A DNA stretch of 64,000 nucleotides from Malacoraja senta (taxonomy: Eukaryota): contig JAXLNO010000446.1 in NCBI GenBank assembly GCA_038087875.1, forward strand, positions 496,001 through 560,000, given 5' to 3'. The notes beneath the pieces are model-generated. The model ran no database searches. It saw nothing but the letters and a program-made list of their open reading frames with translations, and was not told the origin of the DNA. Position 1 is the stretch's first letter. Every line of letters begins with the position of its first letter. Made by a program: the position numbers and the translations under genes. This document shows, piece by piece, positions 1 through 11,668 of the stretch.

Positions 1-40
1 AAGCAACTACTAAAAGTGTGACTGCTGCCATATATATATG

Positions 41-1079
41 TAGGTATGTTACAAAACTTACCTTCAGTCGCGCTGTAATTCTGCCACTGGCCGTGTGCGC
101 GATTTTGGCGCCTTTAAGGGGGGGGCGGGGTTAAAACGCGGGTTTCTCCCTTGTCCTGGAAATATTTTGTTGGAGTACAAAACTTCGCTGACAAAATCGT
201 TCCTACCGGCGATTTGTGAATTTTTTTTTTAAATTAAATCGTCAATGTCAGCGCTACAGTCATTTTAAAAGCAGCTCCTGAAGCGTCAACGCCAATAACG
301 GGGACGGATTTCACACAATGGACAGGTAAACAAAAGTGCTTTCTTTAAATGTATAAAAGTGCTCCTTAAGAAGCCTTTAATTCACATTTTGTCATGCGAC
401 ACGGTGATTTTATTCCCCGAATTAACGGCAGTATTTTTCATGCCAATACGGGGTTAAATTCACCGCAAATGAACGTTCCAAAAGATCGCGTTCCAGTAAT
501 CCTCACTCACAAGATGAATTAAATGCCCATTAATTTACAGGTATTAAACATTCAATTCCTTCCATTTGGCCTGTAAATTCATGAAAATTAGATTTAAAAA
601 TTATGTTATATTGTGAATTATTGTGTGAATGTTATTTGGACACTTAGGCTATTTAAAAATGTTAATCTATTCTTAAGAAATTGATAGATGTTTAGATCTA
701 GTAATTGAATTTTGTAATTAGCTACAATTAGGTAACTAACTAATTATATGCTTTACTTTCATGTCTTCGAAGTAAGATTGTTTCATATTTGTTTCAGAAT
801 GCTTCAATCTATAATACCTGAAAATTTCTTTCAGTTACCATAATTTTTAAGAAAGTTATGGGCTTTTAACTGTCCTCGATCACAGCTTTTGTGTTAAGTC
901 AATGGAAAAGCAATAGGGAACTAGATGCTAATTTCTGAGTATGATAATGGCCATAACTTTTTTAATACTGAAGATATGAAAGTGAATTAAGTGTCAAATT
1001 AAACTTCTTTTTATGCTTTATCTGATGGGATAAATTGCAGACTTTATTTTTTAAATCTCAAAATTTTGTAACATTGCTA
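41..1079. mobile_element. Non-autonomous DNA transposon (MITE-like, ~1.04 kb) with imperfect ~19-bp TIRs, in TA-rich flanks
   Basis: Left end TAGGTATGTTACAAAACTT; reverse complement of the right end TAGCAATGTTACAAAATTT. No ORF; (TA)n flanks; splits the Gypsy gag region. Confidence 0.7.
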
Positions 1080-1129
1080 ATATATGAGAGAGATATGTCC
1101 TGCTCGAGAGGCAACTTGTAATAGTTCAT

Positions 1130-3910
1130 GCAGCTACAACGGTATCCATCAATGGCCATACATTTAATGTACTACTTGATGCTGGTAGTTCAGAAAGTTT
1201 TATGTGTGAACAAGTTGTGTCTCGACTAAATCTAACTATAATCCCTTCAAATAGAGAAATCTCAATGGCTCTGACAACTCTCAATACTCAAATTATTGGA
1301 TCTTGTATTGTAGACTTTATTCTGAACAAAACTAGCTATAAATTTGTATGTCTTGGTATTTTGAAAAATGTGTGTAGCGATATAATTCTAGGTCAGGATT
1401 TTCAGAAACAGCACAGATCACTTCAAATAATGTATGAAGGAACTATGCCTGATCTTGTATTGTCAAAGCCACCAGTATTGTATGGTTTTTCTGCTGCATC
1501 TGTTGAATGTCCTTCATTATTCACTAATTTATCTTCTAAGTGCAAACCAATTGCTACAAAATCGAGACATTTTAGTAAAGATGACAGAAACGTTAGCAAC
1601 ACAGAAGTAACTAATCTTTTACAAGAAGGTATCATAGAACCCAGCTCTTCCCCTTGGAGGGCACAAGTTGTGGTTAAGGACCCCTTGGAGAGACATAGAA
1701 AGAGACTCTGCATTGATTACTCTCAAACTATAAACCAGTTCACGGAGCTTGATGCATATCCACTACCTCGTACAGAAGAGATTATCAATACATTAGCTAA
1801 GTATAAGATAGTCTCGACTTTTGACCTAAAAAGTGATTACTACCAAATTCCTTTGAAAGAATCAGAGAAGAAATACACTGCGTTTGAAGCAAATGGGAAA
1901 TTATACCACTACTGCAGAGTTCCTTTTGGCGTGGCTGTTTTTCAGGGAGAATTGGATAAACTTGTTGAACAGGAAAACCTTAAAGATACTTTCCCTTATC
2001 TTGATAATATAACTATTGCAGGAAAAGACCAAGCTGAACATGATGATAATGTACAACGGTTTTTAGATGTTGTACTTTCTAAAAATCTAACATTAAATGA
2101 GGCAAAGTCAATAACATCAGTGTCATCGATTAATATTCTTGGTTATTGGGTTGGAAATGATATAATCAAGCCTGATTCAGAAAGACTCCGCCCACTCCAA
2201 GAGATACCTGTTCCAGCTACATTAAACTCTCTACGAAGGGTTCTTGGGATGTTTGCATATTATGCTAAATGGATACCAAATTTTTCTGACAAAATTCAAC
2301 CTTTGATTAGTGCAAAATCCTTCCCCCTTGACTCTACAGCAATTGGTGCCTTTACTTCTTTAAAGAAACAATTGGAATCTGCGACATTACACGCCATCGA
2401 TGAGGATCTCCCCTTTGTTGTTGAATGTGATGCCTCTGATTTAGCAGTATCAGCAACATTAAATCAAGGAGGACGACCAGTGGCTTTCATGTCTCGTACT
2501 CTCCAAGGTAGTGAATTGCACTACTCACCCGTCGAAAAGGAAGCTACAACAATTATTGAAGCAGTGAAGAAATGGAGTCATTTCCTTGCTCGCCAGCACT
2601 TCACTTTGATAACAGATCAGCGTTCAGTAGCTTTTATGCTGGATAATCGGAAATGAACGAAGATTAAAAACAGTAAAATTCATGAATGGAGGATTGAATT
2701 ATCTGCATATAGTTATTCAATTGAGTACCACCCTGGTAAGGATAATGTTGCTCCAGATACATTAACTCAAACATTTTGTGCCTCTGTTCATTCTTCTGCA
2801 CTCACTGATCTTCACAATGGGATGTGTCATCCTGGAGTCACTCATTTGTTACACAATGTTCGTTCCAAAAACGTACCTTTCTCTACAGAAGATGTGAAGA
2901 TGATGTGTGCTTCATGTAGAATCTGTGCTGAATTATAACCAAGGTTCTTCCGTCCTGAAGAAGAAAGATTGATCAAAGCTACTCAATCTATGGAACGTTT
3001 GAGTATTGACTTCAAAGGGCCTTTACCATCCTCCTCTCAAAATGTTTATGTACTTACCTTAGCTGATGAATATTCGAGGTTTCCATTTGCTTTTCCTTGT
3101 CCAAATATGTCAGCTGCTACGGTTATCAAATGTTTAGATCAACTGTTTTCATTCTGTAGATTTCCAAGTTACATGCATTCTGATAGGGGCACCTCATTCA
3201 TGTCAAAAGATTTAAAAGACTACCTTTCTAATAGAGGAATTGCAACAAATAAAACAACACCATATCATCCTATTGGAAATGGTCAGGTTGAGAGGTATAA
3301 TGGAATCATTTGGAAAGCAGTGAAAGTGGCTTTAAAGTCAAATGACATACCAGATCAGCAGTGGGAGTGTGTTCTACCAGATGCATTACACTCCATCAGA
3401 TCGCTACTGTCAACTGCTATCAATACTACTCCACATGAGCGGTTCTTTAACTTCAAACGACTTTCTTCTAGTGGCACTTCTCTGCCATCATGGTTGACTA
3501 GCCCTGGGCCTGTGTTGCTTCATCGGTATGTCTGATCAAATAAGAAACAGCCTTTTGTTGATGAAGTTGAACTGACTGATGTCAACCCTTGTTATACAAC
3601 TATCAAGTATCAGGATGGACGTCAGTCAACTGTCTCATTCTTCGTGACCTTGCACCATGTCCGTCTTCTCCATCAGCTCCGTCACTTCTTGATAACATTA
3701 ATCAAGAACTTCCTTCAACACTCCCTTCACCCCCTATGGAAACTTCTATAAGTAATTCTAAAATTGTAACTCTAAATAACAATATGAGTGAAGTTGATGA
3801 CCAAGCAACATATGTACCACCAGCTATTGAAACACCATTATCTCCTGAAGCTCCAGTGCTGCGACGGTCATCAAGACGTACGAAACCTCCTGACCATCTC
3901 AACTTATAAA
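1130..3910 (+). pseudogene. Gypsy pol pseudogene (PR-RT-RNaseH-integrase) with premature stops
   Basis: ORFs 1202-2656 and 2969-3535 are in the same frame, separated by in-frame stops (TGA 2654-2656, TAA ~2936, TGA 3533-3535). Confidence 0.9.
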
Positions 3911-3923
3911 TAGGAGGGGAGAA

Positions 3924-4113
3924 TGAAGTGGGCGTATGTGCGGGACATTTCCAGAGTGTGCGCATGTGCGGGTCTCAGGCCGGCGAGGCCTGCGGAATCA
4001 GCGGTATTTTCCAGACGCTTTGAAGTTATGTATTACAGAAATAAGTTGCTTAAAGCTTAAATAAAGTTTAAGTAAATTACGAGTAGCGTAAACGTTTCAT
4101 TTGCCTCACAACA
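3924..4113 (+). repeat. 3' LTR of the Gypsy element (~190 bp, TG...CA)
   Basis: Preceded by the polypurine tract AAATAGGAGGGGAGAA (3908-3923); starts TGAAG, ends CACAACA; AATAAA at 4060-4065; followed abruptly by CR1-type sequence. Confidence 0.8.
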
Positions 4114-4472
4114 ATAGTGAAAGGCTTGGATGGAGTGGATGTGGAGAGGATGTTTCCACTAGTGGGAGAGTCTAGGACCAGAGGTCACAGCCTCAGAATT
4201 AAAGGATGGTCTTTTAGGAAGAAGATGAGGAGGAATTTATTTCGTTAGAGGGTGGTGAATCTGTGGAATTCTTTGCCACAGACGGCGGTGGAGGCCAAAG
4301 GCAGTGGATATTTTTAAGGCAGAGATATATAGATTCTTGATTAGTACGGGTGTTAGAGGTTATCAGGAGAAGGCAGGAGAATGTGGCTAGGAGGGAGAGA
4401 TAGATCAAACATGATTGAATGGCTTGATGGGCCGAATGGCCTAATTCTGCTCCTACCACTTATGATCTTATG
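4114..4472 (+). mobile_element. CR1-type LINE 3' fragment
   Basis: GLDGVDVERMFPLVGESRTRGHSLRIKG coding remnant and a gggccgaatggcctaattctgctcct tail. Confidence 0.8.
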
Positions 4473-4711
4473 AACTCAAGGGAATAACATTTAGTGCAAG
4501 ATAAAGTCCGATTAAAGATAGTTCAAATGTCTCCAGGTAGATGGGAGGTGAGGACGTCTAGTAGGTGAGCAGATAGCTCAGTAGCTTGATCCCAGCCTGT
4601 GGTAACAGGGATGGTGATCTGAAGCTGAGGAATAGTTTTGTAGCAAGCATAGAGTCATAGAATCATACAGCATGGAAACAGGCCCTGCGGCCCAATTTGC
4701 CTGACATGTCT

Positions 4712-4928
4712 AGGAAAGAACTGCAGATGCTAATTTACACCGAAGATAGACACAAAATGCTGGAGTAACTCAGCGGGACAGGCAGCATCTCTGGAGAGAA
4801 GAAATTAGTGACTTTTTGGGTGGAGAGCCTTCTTCAGATTGAAGAAGAGTCTCGATCCAAAACCTCACTCATCCCTTCTCTCCAGAGATGCTGCCCGTCC
4901 TGCTGAGTTACTGCAGCGTTTTGTGTCT
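4712..4928. mobile_element. Fold-back element made of two inverted Penelope-terminus copies
   Basis: Arms gacacaaaatgctggagtaactcagcgggacaggcagcatctctggagag... and ...ctctccagagatgctgcccgtcctgctgagttactgcagcgttttgtgtc, centred on cttcttcagattgaagaag. The arms resemble the Penelope end at 36860-36958. Confidence 0.7.
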
Positions 4929-5235
4929 TATGTTCTTGCCCAACATGTCCCATCTATACTAGTCCCACTTGCCTGCATTTGGCCCATATCCCCCTAAACC
5001 TGTCCTATCCATGCACCTGTCTAAATGTTTCTTGAGCAATTAGTATTGGAACAATAGATTGCTGAGTGGGTTATAGATCAGAACCAGTCACTGGTCCTCT
5101 CATTGCTGCGCTTCCCGACCTGCATCTGTCTGGCAACTCCAGCATTGTGGTGTATAACATGTACAGAACAGTCTCCACACAACCCCACGCCCACTCTGAC
5201 TAGCGGATGTATTGAGAGTGTTCTTGTTTCCGCAG

Positions 5236-5315
5236 GTTCCTGGGCTGACCGGTCACCCCTGCATGAAGCAGCCAGTCAAGGTCGGCTTCTGTCCCTCAAA
5301 ACCTTGCTTGCACAG
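5236..5315 (+). CDS. ASB5: ASB5 coding exon (first in window; GSWADRSPLHEAASQGRLLSLKTLLAQ)
   Basis: ccgcag acceptor, gtcagt donor; ankyrin repeat closely matching ASB5 as recalled; phase fits the next exon. Confidence 0.9.
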
Positions 5316-5796
5316 GTCAGTGTACCGTGCCTATCATTCATTGATTCCTGGATTTGTACACATCGGGCTGGGCAATGTTCCTATCTACATGTAGTTTAGT
5401 GTTATACAACTCGCCCACACCAGCCAACATGTCCCAGCTACTCTAGTCCCAGCTGCCTGCGCTTGGTCCATATCCCTTGAAACCTTTTCTATCCATGTGC
5501 CTAATGTTCAAATATTTTAAACGTTATGATAATACCTGCCTCAACTATCTGCTCCGAAAGCTCGTTCCACACACCCACCACAGTCTGTGTAAAGTTATCT
5601 TAAACCTGAGCCCAGGGTAGATAACATAGAATGGGGCAAAGAGCAATGAGAAGATGTGGTATCTTTCAGTGGCATCTTGAGAAACGGGAATAGCAATTGT
5701 AAGGCAGGCTATTGTCCTGATGTTCCAAGCTCAAACCCTTGTAAGGACATTGTCCTCCAACCCTTCTTACTTCTTTTCAAGCTTAGAAATGGCTTT

Positions 5797-6022
5797 AGAC
5801 TTGAGACTTTAGAGATACAGTGCGGAAACAGGCCCTTCGGCCCACCGAGTCTGCACCGACCACGATCACCCCATACACTAGCCCTATCCTGCACATTAGG
5901 GACAATTTTACAACTTACCAAAGCCAATTAACCTAAAACATGTACGTCTTTGGAATGTGGGAGAAAACCAGAGCACCCGGAGAAAACCCACGCGGTCACA
6001 GGAGAACGTACAAACTCCGATG
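5797..6022 (-). mobile_element. HE1/V-SINE-type SINE (partial)
   Basis: Reverse complement of the V-SINE core (gggagaaaaccagagcacccggagaaaaccca) and a CR1-like tail (gagatacagtgcggaaacaggcccttcggccc). Confidence 0.75.
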
Positions 6023-6257
6023 GTCAGAGTGAACTTGATGGGCCGAAGGGCCTGTTTCCATGATGTATCTAAACTAAACTAAACCTCTGTAGCGAGTGGA
6101 TATCATGATTCTTGTCCGTAGAATGTGATGTGGTCAGAGTTCAGAGACGGAGGAGGAGTGACTTTCAAGTTTAATTTATCAAAAATGTTGAATTAATTTG
6201 CAATCTGTCTGTGGATCCATCTTAACCATGTCCTTGTATCATCTTGCGTGCATCCAG

Positions 6258-6365
6258 GGTCACAGTGCGAATACGCTGACAATAGATCACGTTTCTCCTC
6301 TCCATGAAGCATGTCTAGGGAACCATGTCGCATGTGCCAAAGCCTTAATAGAAGCTGGTGCTGAC
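6258..6365 (+). CDS. ASB5: ASB5 coding exon (GHSANTLTIDHVSPLHEACLGNHVACAKALIEAGAD)
   Basis: catccag acceptor, gtaagg donor; 108 nt, phase 0/0; ankyrin repeat. Confidence 0.92.
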
Positions 6366-7807
6366 GTAAGGACATGATGGATTTTAATTGTATTTTGTTA
6401 CACGAATCTCTCCCACAAATCACTCTGCATGCTAACAAACTGCGGAGCAAAGATCTTGTTATCAAAAACCATTTTGCTGACATAACACCACTAATAAAGC
6501 ATATTAACGCAGGCCTTTCACAGGAGTATATGGATTCAGGATTCAGAAATCGGAGGTGCAAAGGGAATTGGGAGTTCTGAGACAGGATTCCCAAAAGTCA
6601 ATTTGCAAGCTGAGACAGTAATGAGGAAGACAAATGCCACGCTAGCATTTATTTTGAGTGGGCTAGAATATAAAAAACAGGAATGTAATGCTGAGGCTCT
6701 GTAAGGCGCTGGTTCAGACCACATTTGGAATATTGTGCGCAGTTTTGGGCTCCATATCTGAGGGGGGATGTGTTGGTGTTGGAGAGACCATAAGACTTCG
6801 GAGCAGAATTAGGCCAGTCAGCCCGTCGAGTCTGCTCGGCCATTTAATCGTGGCTGATCATTCACTCCCTACCCCATTCTCCGTCGTCTTCCTATGACCT
6901 TTGACGCCCTTCCTAATCAAGAAGCGATGAGTTTCTGCCTCATCAATACCCAATGACTTGGCCTCCACAGCCATCTGAGGCAATTCATTACACAGATTCA
7001 CCACCCTCAGCCTGAAACGAGGAGAAATTCCTCCTCATCTCTAATTTGAAGGCACGTCATTTTACTCTGACGCTGACGTCTATATTCAGGAGAAAGTTGA
7101 ATATTCTGAGGCTGTCCCCTCTGGTCCGAGACTCTCCCATTGCTGGAAACATTGAGTGGAGGTTTACAAGAATAACCCTGGGGATGATTGGGTTAACATA
7201 AGAGGGGTGTTTGATGGTCCTGGGCCTGAACTCGCTGGGGTTTGGAAGGATGAGGGGGATCTCATTGAAACTTACCGAATAGTGAAAGGCCTGGATAGAG
7301 TGGATGTGGAGAGGATGTTGCCCCAGCCAGGAATGCTTACAAAAAGATATACAAAGTGCCGGAGGAACTCAGTGGGGTTTGTTTCTAATCTCTGGGGGGT
7401 GGTGAGACATGGATATGTGACGTTTTGGGTCGGGACTCTTATCCAGACTGATTGCAAGAAAAAAGGGTGGTTTTCCTAGACAGATAGTTGGAACAAAAGC
7501 CAGAGATTGGAACGTGTAGGAAAGAACTGCAGATGCTGGTTTAAATCGAAGGTAGACACAAAATGCTGGAGTAACTCAACGGTACAGGCAGCATCTCTGG
7601 AGAGAAGGAATGGGTAACGTTTCGGGTCAAGACCCTTCTTCAGGCTGAGAGTCAGCGGCGAGGGAGACTTGAGATAAGGAAGGGTAAGGTGTGAAAACGA
7701 CAAATCTAAGCTGACGATAAATGTTTCTTCAGTTTGATTGGTAGACGTGACAATAAACTAACCGCTGCACTGTACTTCTTGCAGACGACAAGAAGACTGT
7801 ACTGGTC

Positions 7808-8129
7808 CTGGGGTGATGCACGATTAACGTGCTGCATGGACTGGGGTAATGCACGACTAATGCGCTGCACTGGGGTAATGCACGACTAATGCGCTGCACT
7901 GGGGTAGTGCACGACTAATGAGCTGCATTGGGGTAATGCACGACTAACGTGCTGCACTGGGGTAGTGCACGATTAACGTGCTGCATTGGGGTAATGCACG
8001 ACTAATGAGCTGCACTGGGGTGATGCACGATTAACGTGCTGCATTGGGGTAATGCACGACTAATGAGCTGCACTGGGGTGATGCACGATTAACGTGCTGC
8101 ATTGGGGTAACGCACGACTAACGTGCTGC
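7808..8129 (+). repeat. ~29-bp minisatellite (ctggggtaatgcacgactaatgcgctgca), ~11 copies, abutting an ASB5 acceptor
   Basis: Tandem units seen directly; the last unit runs into actgtcctgtcgcag|exon. Confidence 0.92.
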
Positions 8130-8145
8130 CACTGTCCTGTCGCAG

Positions 8146-8296
8146 GTCAATGCCATCACCATTGATGGGGTGATGCCGCTGTTCAATGCGTGTTCCAGTG
8201 GCAGTGCCAACTGTGCTGAGCTGGTGCTGCAGAACGGAGCCAGCCTGCAAGGCCAGGACTGCTGGGCCTCAGCCATCCATGAGGCGTCCAGCAAAG
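8146..8296 (+). CDS. ASB5: ASB5 coding exon (VNAITIDGVMPLFNACSSG...AIHEASSK)
   Basis: tcgcag acceptor, gtcagt donor; 151 nt; ankyrin repeat. Confidence 0.92.
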
Positions 8297-9127
8297 GTCA
8301 GTCATTCCTCCGAATACCCCCTGCCCCATATAACCCGTCTCTTCCCCAAATACCCCCCTTCTTTCCCATTTACAGCTTCCCAAATACCCTTCCTCCCCAA
8401 ATATCCCACCTTTGTTCCCTATATACCCCTCTCTTCCCCTATTACCCCCCCTCTTCCCCAAATATGCCACCTTTGTTCCCCAAATACACCCATTTTCCCC
8501 AAATATCAAACCCCCCTCACCCCTATTTCTGCGCTAAAAACTCTGTGCATCAACCCAATCTATTCCTCTCATGATTGTGTACACTTCTATAAGATCACCC
8601 CTCATCCTCCTGTGCTCTAAGGTGTCCCAGCCTGCCCCACCTCTCCCTGTAGCTCAGCTCTTCGAATCCTGGCAACATCCTCGCAAATCTTCTCTGCACC
8701 CTTTCCAGCTTGACAGCATCTTTCCTATAACCTGGTTCCCAGAACTGAATACAATACTCGGAAGAGAAGGAATGGGTGACTTTTCGGTTCGAGACCCTTC
8801 CTCATCCTGTCATGCTGAGTTACTCCATCAGTTTGTGTCTATCTTTAGTGTAACCAGCATCTGCAGTTCCTTCCTAAGCAAAACTCTGACTGTGGCCTCA
8901 CCAACGTCATATAACTGCAACATGACCTCCCATGTGATCTTACAGCTCCAGCGCTCTGGGTCACCGCTGACCTCTGGTGCTCTCACTCTCTCCCTGTGAC
9001 TCAATTAAAATGTTTTATGAAGTGATGAATTAGAATATGTTGAAGCAAGTCACAGTTTCATACAATGAACACACTGTAGTTTAAAGTTGTCAGTGGCATG
9101 GCTTTGAAACCCTGCTGTTGTACCCAG

Positions 9128-9262
9128 GTCACAGTGAATGCATACAAGTCCTGATCTCCTGGGGAGTGGACATAGACCTGGACATCCCACACCAGGGAAC
9201 GCCACTGTACGTCGCCTGTGTCCATCAGCAGTATTTCTGTATTAAGAAACTGCTCCATGCAG
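9128..9262 (+). CDS. ASB5: ASB5 coding exon (GHSECIQVLISWGVDIDLDIPHQGTPLYVACVHQQYFCIKKLLHA)
   Basis: acccag acceptor, gtgaga donor; 135 nt, phase 1/1. Confidence 0.93.
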
Positions 9263-9324
9263 GTGAGAGCTTCTCCACTCACATTATGTTTAGAATTGAC
9301 TTTCAATGTACAGGGTGTGGCAGT

Positions 9325-9325
<1 letters not shown>

Positions 9326-9356
<31 letters not shown>

Positions 9357-9560
9357 TATGTGTGTGAGTGTGTGTGTGTGTGAGAGAGAGAGTATGTGTG
9401 TGTGTGTGTGTGTGAGTGTGGCTGTGGGTGTGTGTGAGAGAGAGAGTATGTGTGTGTGTGTGTGTGTGGCTGTGTGTGTGTGCGGGTGTGTGTGTGTGTG
9501 TGTGTATCTGTGTGCGTGCATGCGTGTGTATGAGTGTGTTTGTGTGTGTGCCTGTGTGCC
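9326..9560 (+). repeat. Compound (GT)n/(GA)n microsatellite
   Basis: Seen directly. Confidence 0.95.
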
Positions 9561-10580
9561 TGTTCATTAGTGTACACAGCTCTAGGTTCATGTTCATGAG
9601 TGTACACAGCTCTAGGTACATGTTCATTAGTGTACACAGCTCTAGGTACATGTTCATTAGTGTACACAGCTCTAGGTACATGTTCATTAGTGTACACAGC
9701 TCTAGGTACATGTTCATTAGTGTACACAGCTCTAGGTACATGTTCATTAGTGTACACAGCTCTAGGTACATGTTTGTGAGTGTACACAGCTCTAGGTACA
9801 TGTCCATTAGTGTACACAGCTCTAGGTTTATGGTCATGAGTGTACACAGCTCTAGGTTCATGTTCGTGAGTGTACACAGCTCTAGGTACATGTTCATTAG
9901 TGTACACAGCTCTAGGTACATGTTCATTAGTGTACACAGCTCTAGGTACATGTTCATTAGTGTACACAGCTCTAGGTTCATGTTCATTAGTGTACACAGC
10001 TCTAGGTACATGTTCATTAGTGTACACAGCTCTAGGTTCATGTTCATTAGTGTACACAGCTCTAGGTACATGTTCATTAGTGTACACAGCTCTAGGTACA
10101 TGTTCATTAGTGTACACAGCTCTAGGTACATGTTCATTAGTGTACACAGCTCTAGGTACATGTTCATTAGTGTACACAGCTCTAGGTACATGTTCATTAG
10201 TGTACACAGCTCTAGGTACATGTTCATTAGTGTACACAGCTCTAGGTACATGTTTGTGAGTGTACACAGCTCTAGGTACATGTCCATTAGTGTACACAGC
10301 TCTAGGTTTATGGTCATGAGTGTACACAGCTCTAGGTTCATGTTCGTGAGTGTACACAGCTCTAGGTACATGTTCATTAGTGTACACAGCTCTAGGTACA
10401 TGTTTGTGAGTGTACACAGCTCTAGGTTCATGTTCATGAGTGTACACAGCTCTAGGTTTATGGTCATGAGTGTACACAGCTCTAGGTACATGTTCATTAG
10501 TGTACACAGCTCTAGGTATATGTTCGTGAGTGTACCCAGCTCCAGGTTCATGTTGATGAGTGTATACCGCTCCAGGCTGA
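9561..10580 (+). repeat. 30-bp minisatellite (tgttcattagtgtacacagctctaggtaca), ~34 copies
   Basis: Exact 30-bp register over ~1 kb; it accounts for the spurious repetitive ORFs at 9058-10585. Confidence 0.97.
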
Positions 10581-10658
10581 CGTGAGGCTTGCTAAGCAGA
10601 TGCTTTCATGGTGCTGGCATTAAAGGGCGGTGCCCGTGGTACTTTGTGTCGACTGCAG

Positions 10659-10850
10659 GAGCCAATGTGCAGAAAGGCAAACATCAGGACAGCCCCCTGC
10701 ACACAGCGGCGCGCCAGACCAACCCAGATATCGTCACGTTGCTGCTTGACTTTGGAGCGGAGGTACGAGCCAGGAATGCGGAGGGAGAGCGGCCCATTGA
10801 TGTGGCCGTCACCAGTAGCTCCGTCGACAGGCTGCTGCTACATTACGAAG
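10659..10850 (+). CDS. ASB5: ASB5 coding exon (GANVQKGKHQDSPLHTAA...VDRLLLHYE)
   Basis: ctgcag acceptor, gtaagc donor; 192 nt; ankyrin repeat. Confidence 0.93.
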
Positions 10851-11429
10851 GTAAGCCACGGGGTGTACCGGTTTTATTCATAGATTGGTGGCTGGAATCA
10901 ACACTGGTCCCATACGTGTTTTACAACAATACATCAGGCAACTGAACCGTCCTCTCACCAACTAGACAGCGGTCCTGACCTCCCATCTACCTCATTGGAG
11001 ACCCACGGACTATCTTTAATCGGACTTTACTTGACTTTATCTTGCACTAAATAATATTCCCTTTATCATGTATCTGTACACGGTGGACAGTGTGATCGTG
11101 ATCACGGTTGTCTTTCCGCTGGCTGGTTAGCACGCAACAAAAGCTTTTCACTGGGTCTCCAATGAGGTATATTGGGTATATGGGTCAAGGTGGGACGTGT
11201 AGATGGACGAGTTGAGCTGAAGCCCGTTTCCATGCTGTGTGACTCTGACTCTACAGGAGAAGCTCTAGCAATAGGTACTACTCCCACCCCGCACGCAACT
11301 GGTGTCACTGGCCATTCTGGCATTCTAGTTCTCAACCCCAATTGCCCCTAAACTGAGGAGAGGGTCAAAAGCCAGTGAGATTGGTGGTGTGGAGTCACCT
11401 ATGGTCAGACTGAGGGAAGATAGGTGACT

Positions 11430-11668
11430 TCTCCCAATTCTCCCAATTCTGCTAGCCCTTGCTGTCCCCTCCCCTTCATCAGCCCTCTGGTTGTCTCCTC
11501 CCCTCCCCCAGCCCTCGGGCTCCTCCTCCGCCTTTTTCCTTTTTTCCTTTCTTCTCCCCACCCCCTATCAGTCTGAAGAAGGGTTTCGGCCCGAAACGTA
11601 TGCCTATTTCCTTCGCTCCATAGATGCTGCTGCACCCGCTGAATTTCTCCAGCATTTTTGTGTACCTA
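11430..11668 (+). mobile_element. 5'-truncated Penelope terminal segment with a 13-bp TSD
   Basis: Near-identical to 36737-36958; flanked by AAGATAGGTGACT at 11417-11429 and 11669-11681. Confidence 0.88.

Larger units (their letters stand above)
1..4113 (+). mobile_element. Decayed Gypsy/Ty3 LTR retrotransposon (5' part outside the window), interrupted by a TIR element at 41-1079; lies in the presumed first intron of ASB5
   Basis: Gag knuckle remnant CPAREATCN (~1093-1122); protease LLDAGS (~1172-1190); RT (LCIDYSQ, FDLKSDYYQI, YLDN); RNase H (CDASD, YSPVEKEA, TDQRS); integrase HHCC and D,D35E (SIDFKGP, HSDRGT, GQVERYN). Domain order PR-RT-RH-INT; polypurine tract and 3' LTR present. Confidence 0.93.

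Noticed and set aside
9058..10585. Long ORFs of 389-497 aa ([10 protein letters not shown] / [10 protein letters not shown] / SVHSSRYMFI repeats)
   Set aside because: Translations of a stop-free 30-bp minisatellite and (GT)n tract inside an ASB5 intron.
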